From a virus (lineage: Duplodnaviria; Caudoviricetes): DNA of 39,886 nucleotides. The notes beneath the pieces are model-generated. The model worked only from the letters and a program-made list of their open reading frames with translations, was not told the DNA's origin and did no database searches. The position numbers and the translations under genes were made by a program. Location of the stretch: the IMG/VR virus record IMGVR_UViG_3300037482_000311, positions 1 through 39,886 of that record. The stretch is one strand, 5' to 3'. Below are positions 9,875 through 20,135 of the stretch, one piece after another (the stretch's first letter is position 1; each line of letters starts with the position of its first letter).

Positions 9875-10585
9875 ATGCCGTACACGGTCACAAAGCTGAT
9901 CAGCAACGCGTTTTATACATCTGGTATTGTGGCGCGTGAGTTTCAAACCGTGTCCGGCACTCAAGTTCAAGAGGGTTTGGATTATCTAAATGAGATATTG
10001 GGTGATACGAGGGTTGCCGATGACATGCTCCCATATTTTACCCGATATACATTTAACACCGTAGTTGGCCAGGAAAAATATACCATTCCTGGTTTAATCG
10101 AGGTCGATAGTTTGACGTTTACCCTCGACACCGTCCGTTATCAAATGAATGAAACGCAGCGTATCGAATATTTTGGTACGCCCCGTGCGAACAATATCAA
10201 TTCCTTGCCCTTGATGTACCATGTTGAACGCCAGTTGGATGGGGCCGACGTATATCTATACTTCCTACCGAACCAGGTATACCCAATGGAGTTATGGGGT
10301 TTATTTGGTTTAACGGCTGTTACGTCACTGGCCACGGACTTGTTATTAACATATGACCAGTTTTACATCAATTATCTGAAATATGTGCTGGCTCAACGTA
10401 TCTGCATCAATTATGACTATGACATCTCGCAGAAACTAAGAGACCAGGTTAAATATTACGAGGGCATCATATCCAAGCAATCCCAGCAAATGGATTTGAA
10501 GATGCAGAAAATATCGACCCTTGTTTCTGGTCAAGCTTTATCATACGGCCAAATTAATTTGGGCAAGAGCTGGACAATCCCTTAA
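9875..10585 (+). CDS. Head-to-tail adaptor (P22 gp4-like)
   Basis: LISNAF...GIV...EGLDYLNEIL N-terminus, YLKYVLAQRI C-terminus; synteny. Confidence 0.7.
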   Translation: MPYTVTKLISNAFYTSGIVAREFQTVSGTQVQEGLDYLNEILGDTRVADDMLPYFTRYTFNTVVGQEKYTIPGLIEVDSLTFTLDTVRYQMNETQRIEYFGTPRANNINSLPLMYHVERQLDGADVYLYFLPNQVYPMELWGLFGLTAVTSLATDLLLTYDQFYINYLKYVLAQRICINYDYDISQKLRDQVKYYEGIISKQSQQMDLKMQKISTLVSGQALSYGQINLGKSWTIP

Positions 10586-10641
10586 AGGTAGGTATTGGAC
10601 AGCTTAAATGTTACAATGATTTTTTATATCGGAGTAACATT

Positions 10642-11298
10642 ATGAAGTTGGAAAAAACATGCAAGATTCACGGAGTGTTGGAAGAAAAGGATATTCGTCA
10701 ATACTTCGACTCTAAATACAAAATTGGGTATTCGTTGAGATGCAGAATTTGCAACAATGAACGCGCTTTCAGGGATGGGTTAAAATGTAAAACACATGGA
10801 AAGTTAAATAGGGAAGACATAAAAACGAATGGAAGATGTAAAAAATGCCATCGACAATCGGTCAAAAAAAGCATAGATAAAGACAGAGACGGTTTTAATG
10901 CGATTTTAAGAGAAAAAATAAAGCAAGATAAGGCAAATAACCCTGAAAAATGGAAGGAAAAGTATAAAAAAATGTATGCCGGAAAAGTTGCTAAATACGG
11001 TAAACATGAATTGAATTCGAAAGAAATATTACGTATGCACAAATTGACGGGCGAACAATATGATCAAATGATACAGGATCAAGACAATAGATGCGGAATA
11101 TGCTTGAAGGAAGAAACAAGACCCAGCAGGACAAAAGGAAAGGTAACAAGATTGTCAGTAGATCATTGTCATACAACTAACAAGGTGAGGGGATTGTTGT
11201 GTTACAAATGCAATTTAATGATTGGGTATGCGCTTGATTCACCGGATATACTTTATAGTGCAATTATGTACCTCGAATCTCATGAGCACAAAGAATGA
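10642..11298 (+). CDS. Endonuclease VII-domain homing endonuclease
   Basis: QDNRCGIC...LSVDHCHTTNKVRGLLCYKCNLMIG; two CKxHG...CxxC modules. Confidence 0.9.
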   Translation: MKLEKTCKIHGVLEEKDIRQYFDSKYKIGYSLRCRICNNERAFRDGLKCKTHGKLNREDIKTNGRCKKCHRQSVKKSIDKDRDGFNAILREKIKQDKANNPEKWKEKYKKMYAGKVAKYGKHELNSKEILRMHKLTGEQYDQMIQDQDNRCGICLKEETRPSRTKGKVTRLSVDHCHTTNKVRGLLCYKCNLMIGYALDSPDILYSAIMYLESHEHKE

Positions 11299-12899
11299 GC
11301 AAAAAGACAGGTTCTCAACAGATCCCCGTAAATGTGGTTGGCAGCTCTGTTTTCGGTCGATACAAAAAAATGTCCAACGCGCGTACATACAACATGTACA
11401 TGAGCACATCAGGCGAGGGTCAATCAGCGAATGAGTGGCTTATTTCATTTCCGGGGTATAAATCTGTCGCGGAATTACTGTCTTCAGGCGAGGGTCGTGG
11501 GATTTTTCGCAGTATTCGCGGAAATTTTATGTTGGCGGTTATTAATGCCAACGTGTACCGCATTAATACAAATCTTGGGTATATCTTAATTGGCACCCTA
11601 TCCAGCAGCACGGGCGAGGTGTTTATGGATGAGAACCTTAATAACCAGATTTGCATTGTGGATGGTACCCGGGCTTATATTTACAACCATTCTCTTGCTC
11701 CCAATTTAACTATCCAAAGTTTGTCCGGCACACTTGTTCCCAATTATGTTTCTTACCACAACACCTTCTTTTTGATTGGGAATGGTGATACCTCTGGGAA
11801 TGGGGCGGCATGGTACGCCTACAGTTATGCCACGAACACGACCATATCGCAAACCACCCAATTGGCACTCCAAACGAAGCCTGATTATGCGATTGCCGTG
11901 AAGCGTATTCCCAGCCAGTCAGCGAACGTGTTGGTATTTGGTACAGCGGTGTGCGAAGTCCACCAGCAAGTGGGTGGCATTCTGAATTATCAACGGGTCA
12001 ACTCTGTTTCGGTCGATTATGGGTGCTTAAGTGTGTCCACCATTGATGCGGCAGACCAATTTATCGCGTGGCTGGGTGTCAATGAGTTTAATTCCCCTGT
12101 TATCATGGTCTACAGTGGCCAGGGCGCAACAAACATCTCCACAGACGGCATTGCCTATGAGCTGAGCAAAATTCAATATCCTCAGCAGTCCACGGCAGCC
12201 TTTATTCGGGTGGATGGTCATTTGATGTATCAGTTGACCTTCTTTAATGCCGCTGACAATGTTACCTACTTGTATGATTTTAATACTCAAAAGTTCTTTA
12301 ATCTTTCTGACCAGTACCTTAATTATCATCCAGCTCGTCAGTATGCGTATTTTAACCAACAGAATTATTTTATATCCCTAAACAATGGACGGCTTTATAA
12401 GATTGATTCTGACATCACGGTTATCAATGAAAACATTGTGGGCACTGACCCCGATCTGATATACGACATGCAGCGCATACGAATCACGGACAATTATGCC
12501 CAAGATGATTCAGACAGATTTATCGCCAATCGTCTAACCCTGACCATAGAGCAGGGAACCGATCCGCAGTATATTAATTCAGCCATCGGATATATTGTGA
12601 CGGAGCAAACAAACAACCCCTCAGGGGCGTTTGTGGTGGCCGAGGACGGGGAAACATATATTGTGGTTGAAGGGACTACCACTTCGATTCCGTATCGCCC
12701 ACGCGTTGATTTGAGCATCTCCACCGACGGGGCCATTACTTGGAGTAATACCGTTGCGTATCCGATGAATCCATTGGGTTATCGTAAGAACGTAATGAAC
12801 TGGAACCGGCTTGGCGCGGCAAATACGATGACCTTCAAATTTAGATTTTGGGCAAATCATTACTTCGTTGTGAACAATGCCGTTTTGGAAATCCGATGA
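11295..12899 (+). CDS. Tail hub / packaged-DNA stabilisation protein (P22 gp10-like)
   Basis: 534 aa beta-rich; DGHLMYQLTF, LSISTDGAITWS, WNRLG motifs. Confidence 0.8.
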   Translation: MSKKTGSQQIPVNVVGSSVFGRYKKMSNARTYNMYMSTSGEGQSANEWLISFPGYKSVAELLSSGEGRGIFRSIRGNFMLAVINANVYRINTNLGYILIGTLSSSTGEVFMDENLNNQICIVDGTRAYIYNHSLAPNLTIQSLSGTLVPNYVSYHNTFFLIGNGDTSGNGAAWYAYSYATNTTISQTTQLALQTKPDYAIAVKRIPSQSANVLVFGTAVCEVHQQVGGILNYQRVNSVSVDYGCLSVSTIDAADQFIAWLGVNEFNSPVIMVYSGQGATNISTDGIAYELSKIQYPQQSTAAFIRVDGHLMYQLTFFNAADNVTYLYDFNTQKFFNLSDQYLNYHPARQYAYFNQQNYFISLNNGRLYKIDSDITVINENIVGTDPDLIYDMQRIRITDNYAQDDSDRFIANRLTLTIEQGTDPQYINSAIGYIVTEQTNNPSGAFVVAEDGETYIVVEGTTTSIPYRPRVDLSISTDGAITWSNTVAYPMNPLGYRKNVMNWNRLGAANTMTFKFRFWANHYFVVNNAVLEIR

Positions 12900-13189
12900 A
12901 CATACCTGTATATACCCAAGGCAATGACGTCACCCAGGAAAATTACCAACGGGAACTCAATCAGATTCTGAGAGATGGTTCCGGCCTCAATGGGAATGTT
13001 ATTTCATCAGTGACCAACGCTCAATTAACGACTAATATTGTATTGGCCCCTGACGGTTCTTTGACCAGCCTTGGATCGTTGATGCCAGACGGCACAATTT
13101 TTTATGTGTCAGACGCCGTGCCAGACCCCGTATTTGTTGGTAAAATAAATGGTGCGCTTCGTCAATTCACGACAACTGCATATCCATAG
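12896..13189 (+). CDS. Small virion protein
   Basis: ATGA overlap with the gp10-like gene; 97 aa. Confidence 0.6.
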   Translation: MNIPVYTQGNDVTQENYQRELNQILRDGSGLNGNVISSVTNAQLTTNIVLAPDGSLTSLGSLMPDGTIFYVSDAVPDPVFVGKINGALRQFTTTAYP

Positions 13190-13197
13190 AGGGAATT

Positions 13198-13845
13198 ATG
13201 GGATTTTTTAAAAAGATTGGAAATACATTGGGTGCCGGCATGTTCCGTAGTTCGGGTTCGAATCCGGCCAATGCTGCGATGCCATATATGAATCAGATAC
13301 CCCAGTTTGGGCGCGAAGGTTATCAGCCATTCATTGACCAGGGTCAGCAAGCACAGCAACAATTAAATCCCCTTTACGATCGGATGTCTCAAGACCCGTC
13401 ACAATACATTAATGCCTTGATGCAAAACTACAGCCCATCAGAAGGTTACCGATTCAAAGAGCAGCAAATGTTACGTGGTGCCCAGAATTCGGCAGCCCAG
13501 GGCGGTTTTGCCGGCACACAAAATGACCAAATGGCCCAGGCAGACATGATCCGTGGACTCTTGGGTGGCGACATGCAGCAATATTTACAAAATGTCATGG
13601 GCGCTCAAGGCCAAGGAATGCAAGGATTGGAAAACCAAGTCGGCAGAGGATACGAATCCGCCGGTAACCTGGCGGGTTATTTAGGTAATGCGTTGGGTGC
13701 CCAAGGTGGCTTAGCGTTTCAAGGTCAACAACAGCGCAATCAAAATCGTGCCGACAAACGAAATGCCATCTTTAATTTGTTGGGAAGTCTGGCCGGTGCT
13801 GGTACTGGCATATATCAGACCAATAAGATGTATGGAGGCCGATAA
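13198..13845 (+). CDS. DNA ejection/transfer protein (P22 gp7-like)
   Basis: Q/G/N-rich with SPSEGYRF and C-terminal amphipathic helix; synteny. Confidence 0.7.
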   Translation: MGFFKKIGNTLGAGMFRSSGSNPANAAMPYMNQIPQFGREGYQPFIDQGQQAQQQLNPLYDRMSQDPSQYINALMQNYSPSEGYRFKEQQMLRGAQNSAAQGGFAGTQNDQMAQADMIRGLLGGDMQQYLQNVMGAQGQGMQGLENQVGRGYESAGNLAGYLGNALGAQGGLAFQGQQQRNQNRADKRNAIFNLLGSLAGAGTGIYQTNKMYGGR

Positions 13846-14966
13846 TGCCGATTCCATTAAACTTACCCAACTTTCTCCAAGCTCCTATCCAGAAAACGGA
13901 TTATTCTGGGCTGACTAACTTGCCCATGAAATTAATGGAAGCCTACCAGGCACCCATGAAAATGCAGCAAGCAGAGGAAGAGAGGAAGTTAAAGAACGAA
14001 TTAATGCAAGCCAAGGCCAAATATTATTCTGGGGGCGGATTTCCTGCGCGATTGAACAATCCCCTGTTACAGGGGTTCGAGGCCGAAGATCAGGCCGCCA
14101 AAAAATACGGTGAAGGTTCCGAGCGTCATGAAGCCCTTAAAAGAGCCAATCAGGAAAGTCAGGGCGCACAGAATGCCGGGGAATATGAACAGCCTCTTAA
14201 GGATGCAGGGTTGGGATATGGTGGCCGAAATTTAAATACTGCTCCCGCCGGCGTGAAAAATAAGTCATATGATCGGATGAACAAGGAACTTGCCAAAGCC
14301 GAAGCCATGGCGGAAGCAACAAATACATTAAGTGAAATAAGTACCTTATTAGATCAGAATCCAGAACTTTACAAAGCCTTAGGGCCAGCATTAGAAGAGT
14401 CATTGGATGCTGGCGGTAATCCCGGCGTCGTAAAGAGAATGGCCGGCGCAATCTCAAGAAATATTGGCCTTACCAATCCAAAAGACCGGATTGCTGCGGA
14501 ATCCATTTCCAAACTCTCGAATGACTTGGTTTCCAAAATCATTCTGGCTGGGAATGCGGGTGGCGGGAAAATATTCACCGACATGATGAAACAGATTCTA
14601 AAAAGCACGAAACCGGATTGGACGAAATCCCCTGAAACCAACAAATTCATCATTAATAAGTTAAATGACGAACTTGCTTGGGGTAAAGTGTACGCCGATG
14701 AATTGCGTACCGGGCTCACCAAAGGTTTTGACGTGCTGCCCAATGCAGATTTAAACAAAAAACGATATAACATCCTTCAATCCCAAGGTGGCGGAAATCC
14801 TCAACAGGCCCAAATGCAAGCACAAAACCCGGCTCAACAAGAAGTGGAACCCGGTGTTGTGATGGGTAGAATGCGCGATCCACAAACAGGCAATTATAAA
14901 ATATTCAGAATCCGGAAAGAGAATATGGATGCCTTCCGTCAAAAGGGAGGGGACATAATTGAATGA
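13845..14966 (+). CDS. Putative DNA ejection protein
   Basis: 373 aa helical protein coupled to its neighbours. Confidence 0.6.
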   Translation: MPIPLNLPNFLQAPIQKTDYSGLTNLPMKLMEAYQAPMKMQQAEEERKLKNELMQAKAKYYSGGGFPARLNNPLLQGFEAEDQAAKKYGEGSERHEALKRANQESQGAQNAGEYEQPLKDAGLGYGGRNLNTAPAGVKNKSYDRMNKELAKAEAMAEATNTLSEISTLLDQNPELYKALGPALEESLDAGGNPGVVKRMAGAISRNIGLTNPKDRIAAESISKLSNDLVSKIILAGNAGGGKIFTDMMKQILKSTKPDWTKSPETNKFIINKLNDELAWGKVYADELRTGLTKGFDVLPNADLNKKRYNILQSQGGGNPQQAQMQAQNPAQQEVEPGVVMGRMRDPQTGNYKIFRIRKENMDAFRQKGGDIIE

Positions 14967-16878
14967 CGTCGAATTCTGGGAACCTGACGGCGGTGGCAGT
15001 CATGCGATTGACATGTGGGAGCCAGATGGGCCGGCACAAAATAACGGTGCCCCAAGAATGGATATGTTCAAGGCGCAGTTCCCCACCCGTCAGGAATTGA
15101 TGCCGGCGGTTCATGGTGCCCACAAAGGATTAATGGATGTGGCTCACGGGATTACGGGGCCAGCCATGGAAAGTGGATTTTTTGGCCCCGGGATTGCAGA
15201 ACAATCAAAAGAATATGGCCGAAAAAGAAATGAGTCCTTTAACCAAGCGCTTGAGCAGAACCCAGGCATGGCAAAGTTTGGTCAGTTTGCGGGTCAAGTA
15301 ACAGGTGCGTCCCCAGCGGCATTGGTTCCCGGGGGTGGGGCAGGATTTTTAGGGTATTTGCGTAATATTTTACAGAACGCGGGTATCGGTGGGGCATTGG
15401 CGGCCACGGAATATCAAGAGAACCCCGAAAACCGACTCGAAAAGGGAATTAGGGGTGCCGGCACAGCAGCAGCGGTTAGTGCCGTATTGCCCGTCGTTGG
15501 AAAAGCCATTCAAGGGGTTGGGTCTGCATACAAAGGCATTCGCAAACAAATGGGTAGTAAAGAGCATGTTGCCGAGGACGTATTCCAAGGATTATTGCCA
15601 TCAGAACGGGCCGGCATGTCACAAAATCAGGCAGCCGCAAAGAAAGTAGGTGTTCAAATCACTCCCGCTGAAGCATCAGGAAATCCCATTTTGGCAGCAC
15701 GTGAGGCCCAATATGGTGTGACACCTGAAACCCAAATGAAAAAGTATGAATTTAAGAAAGGTCAAAAGGGCAAACAAGAGGGCGTCATATCAAAGTTCTT
15801 GCAATCCATTAGCCCCAAAAATGAGGTAGCCAACGAAGAAGTTCGTGGAACCGCCAAGCGCATCATCGATAAAAAGATTGTCGAGCGCCAAGCCAAAGCG
15901 GCCCCCATTTATGCAAAAGCGGAATCAGAATTGGTGCCGCAACAGGACGTTGCCAGATTAATTGCGGATGACCCAAACATCAAGAAAGCATTTAAACAGG
16001 TGGGTTCCGATCCGTTATATCAAAAGGACTTAAAGGGATTTGATACGCACAGCATTAAATCCATAGATTTGGTCAAACGAAATCTGGATGACAAAATCGA
16101 TTCTGCAATGCGTGCCGGCGAAAAGAACAAGGCCCGTATATTGATGGATTCCAAAAAATCCCTTGTAGAAATGATGGACGCCAAAAGCCCCACATATCAA
16201 AAGGCCCGGAAGATATATGCAGACGATTCCCCTGCAATTAAGGCATTGCAAGACAGCAAGATTGGAAGGTTAGCAAACAAAAGTGATGAGCAGTTAAAGA
16301 ACATCACCAAAGACATTTTCGACATCAGTCAGACCGATCCAAAGGTATTTAACGCATATCGGGATGCATTGCAGAAAGAAAACCCACTGGCATGGAACGC
16401 AGCCGTTCGTGACGAGATGATGCGCCGTATGAAAGGTTCCCGCAATTTAGGCAAGACCAGCAATTATGGCAGTGAGTTTTTTGACAAGATTCTGGCCAGT
16501 GACCGAGATTTTAATCAATTTTTGGAAGCCCTGGGCAAAAGTAATCAAAAGGCATATACCCCCAATCAAGAAATGCTTATCAATATGAGAAAGGCATTCC
16601 AGAATTTGGTCAACAGCCGCACCGTCAAGACAGCCGGCGGTCAATCCGAAGTGAACATGCTTGAGTCTCGCAATACGGGTAGTTTTTTAAGAAAAGCGGC
16701 AGCAAAAATGTTTGGCGGCAAATATGACAAGGCAGCCATTGACATTATTACCGACCCAAATTGGGAAAGATATGTGCCGGCATCCGTCCAAAAAACTGTT
16801 AATATGAAGTCACCCAGCACGGAAGACATGGTCAAAATATTAAGCGCCGTGGCCGCAAAACGGTCGGCAGAGGAATAG
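14959..16878 (+). CDS. Putative large DNA ejection protein
   Basis: 639 aa; G/A-rich hydrophobic N-terminal segment followed by a helical body. Confidence 0.65.
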   Translation: MNDVEFWEPDGGGSHAIDMWEPDGPAQNNGAPRMDMFKAQFPTRQELMPAVHGAHKGLMDVAHGITGPAMESGFFGPGIAEQSKEYGRKRNESFNQALEQNPGMAKFGQFAGQVTGASPAALVPGGGAGFLGYLRNILQNAGIGGALAATEYQENPENRLEKGIRGAGTAAAVSAVLPVVGKAIQGVGSAYKGIRKQMGSKEHVAEDVFQGLLPSERAGMSQNQAAAKKVGVQITPAEASGNPILAAREAQYGVTPETQMKKYEFKKGQKGKQEGVISKFLQSISPKNEVANEEVRGTAKRIIDKKIVERQAKAAPIYAKAESELVPQQDVARLIADDPNIKKAFKQVGSDPLYQKDLKGFDTHSIKSIDLVKRNLDDKIDSAMRAGEKNKARILMDSKKSLVEMMDAKSPTYQKARKIYADDSPAIKALQDSKIGRLANKSDEQLKNITKDIFDISQTDPKVFNAYRDALQKENPLAWNAAVRDEMMRRMKGSRNLGKTSNYGSEFFDKILASDRDFNQFLEALGKSNQKAYTPNQEMLINMRKAFQNLVNSRTVKTAGGQSEVNMLESRNTGSFLRKAAAKMFGGKYDKAAIDIITDPNWERYVPASVQKTVNMKSPSTEDMVKILSAVAAKRSAEE

Positions 16879-16881
16879 GAA

Positions 16882-16905
16882 ATGGCATTAAATCCCTTAT
16901 ACGTC
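16882..16905 (+). pseudogene. Remnant 5' end (MALNPLYV) of the 17586 tail gene
   Basis: Same peptide as 17586-17609 (MALNPLFV), with its own AGGA RBS; similarity stops at the endonuclease stop codon. Confidence 0.75.
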
Positions 16906-17533
16906 AACGATGAATTTCAAGGTAGTGTATGGCCTTTTGAAAAAGTTCGGGACATTCTTGGAAAAAAGCTATTCCCACATTACAGCGGTTGCATAATAAA
17001 GAACGCACTTTCCCGGTTTTGTGACAATGGTCTACATGAAGCATGCTGTTCTTTTTATTCTTTATTTGGGCCTGTGGCTTTTGACAAAGAGAACATAAAT
17101 TTCCCTGAGCTTTTGCCATCTGTTCGTATTCATCTAAAGTTATTCCATAAAGAATTTTGTATCGGGTGTTTCTTCCAGACCTATACACTTTTTCCTTATT
17201 TCTCTCTCTGTAACTTACCTCCCGTTTCCGTAAACATTTCGTACAAAGAGGGTATCTGATATTTATCATGCGATTTTGGAATTCTGATATGGGCTTATCG
17301 ACACGACATTTTCTGCAAAAAAGGTTTGTTGTACTTTCATCTCTTATTAGATATTTATTTTCATTATCTTTCTTTTTTGTTCTTTCTGGATCGACCAACC
17401 GCCATTCCTTCATGCACTCATTTTTACACAACTTACATGATGGATACCATTTTGTCGGGGTCTTCTTTATACAAATATTTTCTTTAGACAAAACGCCGTG
17501 CTTCTTGCATACTTTTGTTAAGGATTCCAACAT
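16904..17533 (-). CDS. Endonuclease VII-domain homing endonuclease (antisense insertion)
   Basis: YGITLDEYEQM...QGNLCSLC...LHVDHCHKTGKVRSLLCNRCNVGI; AT-rich. Confidence 0.92.
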   Translation of the reverse strand: MLESLTKVCKKHGVLSKENICIKKTPTKWYPSCKLCKNECMKEWRLVDPERTKKKDNENKYLIRDESTTNLFCRKCRVDKPISEFQNRMINIRYPLCTKCLRKREVSYRERNKEKVYRSGRNTRYKILYGITLDEYEQMAKAQGNLCSLCQKPQAQIKNKKNSMLHVDHCHKTGKVRSLLCNRCNVGIAFFQECPELFQKAIHYLEIHR

Positions 17534-17585
17534 ACTCTATTTACCTACAATAAATAAAAGTAATTTTATCATAGGATGATGCATT

Positions 17586-19703
17586 ATGGCACTAAACCCA
17601 CTATTTGTGGTATCCATCAATCTTGAAGAAGTCTTCGTCAATCATGATGACGGCACCCTTTTAGCTGGCGGAACAATTGAATTTTTTAAAGATGACGACC
17701 GACTGGTGTCAAAATCTGTCTATGAACTAAGCGGTGCGCCCCCCAATTACACATACGACGCGTTACCCAACCCGGTTACATTAAGTTCCGTGGGTACACC
17801 GGCAGACAATTCCGGCAACCCCGTCAATTTGTATTACTACCCGTATGATGATGAAGGCAATATAGAGTTATATTATATTGTCGTTCGTGACTCTGCCGGC
17901 ACCATTCAATTCACGCGCCAGGCATGGCCAAACACAACCTCATCCTCATCGCCCAGTCCATCGGACACGAACCCGAACATTACCAATGAGCTGAGTAATC
18001 CCCAATTTGTTGACATCAATTTTGCCTTAAACAACCCTCTCACCATTAGTGTGACGGGTGCAACGACTACCACGGTGGCCATTGCGCCCCGTTGGGACTT
18101 AGTCATTGTTCACAGTGGATCGGGAACCGTCACGGTTCAGCGAAACGCGATTGTTGGAACGGCTGCTTATCCGTACAATCCACCGTACACATTGACGATT
18201 ACCCCTGGGGTTAACATCACCGCACTGACCTTGCGTCAACGATTGGACAATAACCCTGATGTCTTCGCGCCTGCGCCTGGGGGAGATGATGGGTATTTGT
18301 CGGCTTCTATTCTGTTGGCCCCCAGTAGTGGTGTTACGGTCAAATATCAACCCAACGGCCAGGCCGCTCAAACCATTTTAACGGCCAGTAATGCCACGGG
18401 TTCTTATGCTCAATATGAGGAAACAGTACAATTAACGTCCACCAATAACACCAATGACGGTGATGACGGTTATGTGGATATTTTAATTGAGTTGTCGATT
18501 GCGGCGGCCACGACCTTAAGCAACATTCAGATTCTGGGCTTAGATTCGGATTCCACGACGGTCAGTTATGACCAGAACACAGCCAATCGACAAAGAGATC
18601 AGTTATTCAATTATTACAATCCTCTATTGCAATACAAGCCTATTCCGTCGTATTTGGTGGGCTGGGATTTTCCTTTAAACCCCGCTCAACCCCTTGGCCC
18701 AACCATCGCAGCAAGTAGTGCCGGTGCCAACACATCCTCTTATTTTTGGGATCAAACCATTGTCTTTCAAAGTGCCAACAGTGGCGCAGCGGTTAGCCGT
18801 TCCGCGGCAGGAAACGGGGCTTTGCGAGTGACAGCCACCAACGCAACGCAATTTGCCCTGGTTCAATACCTGCCTCAAAATGTGGCAAGACGCATGTTGC
18901 AAGAGGACTTGTCTGCCAATGTTGCAGCCATTACCGCCAAGGTGGGCGGATTGGTCGGTACAATCTCCATTTGGTACACCACGGATGTCTCCTTACCCAG
19001 TACGGTGGTATCAAACGACTCTCTTATTCTAACGCTTGATGCCAACGGAAAACCCGCTACATTTAATGGTAATTGGACAGAGGTAACCCGAAATGGTCTT
19101 GGAGATGCACAGTTTACCGTTACCAATGATAACGGTTATCTTTTTAATGATTATGGCTTTACCGGATGGTCATTGAATGGAAGTTCAGCAATTGATACCG
19201 CCACATTTGTTGCTGTGGTTGTGGGTTTTGCCAGTTTAACGGCAGCCGGAACGATTGATATTGGTTCTATATCGGTTGTGCCGGGTTCTATTCCCACGCG
19301 CCCTGCGCCACAAAGCGCCTCGGATGTGATCGCCGACTGTTGTTATTTTTACCAAAAAAGCTTTGCGCAAGCCACGGTTCCCGCCGATGGTGTGGGTCTT
19401 GATACGGGAGAATATCGTTGGCCAGCCATGATTACGGGGGGTGCCGCCAATGGAGAGCAGGCCACCAGTATTCCCTTTGGTTACGGGATGATCTCAGTGC
19501 CTACCGTTACGCTATACAATCCAGCACCGGCGGGAACTGCGGGTCAGGGGTATAACGTACTGCGCAGTGAGAATTTAACCAACACACTGGTCAATGTTAT
19601 TTCTGCCAAATCAATGCAGATTTCGGCAAACGGATCGGCCTCTACCTCACAAAGCGACCCACTGGCCATTCACTGGGAATCGGACGCACGCTTAGGTGCC
19701 TAA
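17586..19703 (+). CDS. Tail protein / tailspike-like
   Basis: 705 aa beta-rich; N-terminal G.LLAGG.IEFF...LPNPVTL head-binding-like module. Confidence 0.7.
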   Translation: MALNPLFVVSINLEEVFVNHDDGTLLAGGTIEFFKDDDRLVSKSVYELSGAPPNYTYDALPNPVTLSSVGTPADNSGNPVNLYYYPYDDEGNIELYYIVVRDSAGTIQFTRQAWPNTTSSSSPSPSDTNPNITNELSNPQFVDINFALNNPLTISVTGATTTTVAIAPRWDLVIVHSGSGTVTVQRNAIVGTAAYPYNPPYTLTITPGVNITALTLRQRLDNNPDVFAPAPGGDDGYLSASILLAPSSGVTVKYQPNGQAAQTILTASNATGSYAQYEETVQLTSTNNTNDGDDGYVDILIELSIAAATTLSNIQILGLDSDSTTVSYDQNTANRQRDQLFNYYNPLLQYKPIPSYLVGWDFPLNPAQPLGPTIAASSAGANTSSYFWDQTIVFQSANSGAAVSRSAAGNGALRVTATNATQFALVQYLPQNVARRMLQEDLSANVAAITAKVGGLVGTISIWYTTDVSLPSTVVSNDSLILTLDANGKPATFNGNWTEVTRNGLGDAQFTVTNDNGYLFNDYGFTGWSLNGSSAIDTATFVAVVVGFASLTAAGTIDIGSISVVPGSIPTRPAPQSASDVIADCCYFYQKSFAQATVPADGVGLDTGEYRWPAMITGGAANGEQATSIPFGYGMISVPTVTLYNPAPAGTAGQGYNVLRSENLTNTLVNVISAKSMQISANGSASTSQSDPLAIHWESDARLGA

Positions 19704-19739
19704 ATGGTTTATACTATTGAAAAATCAAGGATGATTTAA

Positions 19740-20123
19740 ATGGCGACACAGTATTATCAAGACGCGCAAACAGCCGGTGTTAACGGATGGGGTCGCCGTT
19801 TAACGGACACCTCTTACACCTCAACATTGGGTGCCGGCACAGAAGCAACATTAACAGTTCCTGGCATTGCCTCTATGGGCACCTCTGCGGCTGTTGAGAA
19901 CAACAAGTTTATTGCGGTCATTACGGTCGAGCAGGCAAAGAAAGTTTATTTTGCCCTGAACGGCACCGCTGCGGTTCCCGTCGGAAATACCCTGGCTGCC
20001 AGCACATCCGCCTTACTGCCCGTTCAATCGGCCTGGTTCGTCAAAAGAGGGGATGTTTTACACATCATCAGTGCCGCCGCCGCCGACATATCAGTGGAGT
20101 TTTACGCCATCCAAACCGGATAA
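19740..20123 (+). CDS. Small virion protein
   Basis: 127 aa with RBS, in the tail module. Confidence 0.65.
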   Translation: MATQYYQDAQTAGVNGWGRRLTDTSYTSTLGAGTEATLTVPGIASMGTSAAVENNKFIAVITVEQAKKVYFALNGTAAVPVGNTLAASTSALLPVQSAWFVKRGDVLHIISAAAADISVEFYAIQTG

Positions 20124-20135
20124 GGATATCCAAAA

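Noticed and set aside
16882-17259. 125-aa ORF as an independent gene, or the insert as a group I intron
   Set aside because: After codon 8 it is just the antisense of the endonuclease. There is no room for a ribozyme core, and the downstream gene has its own start.
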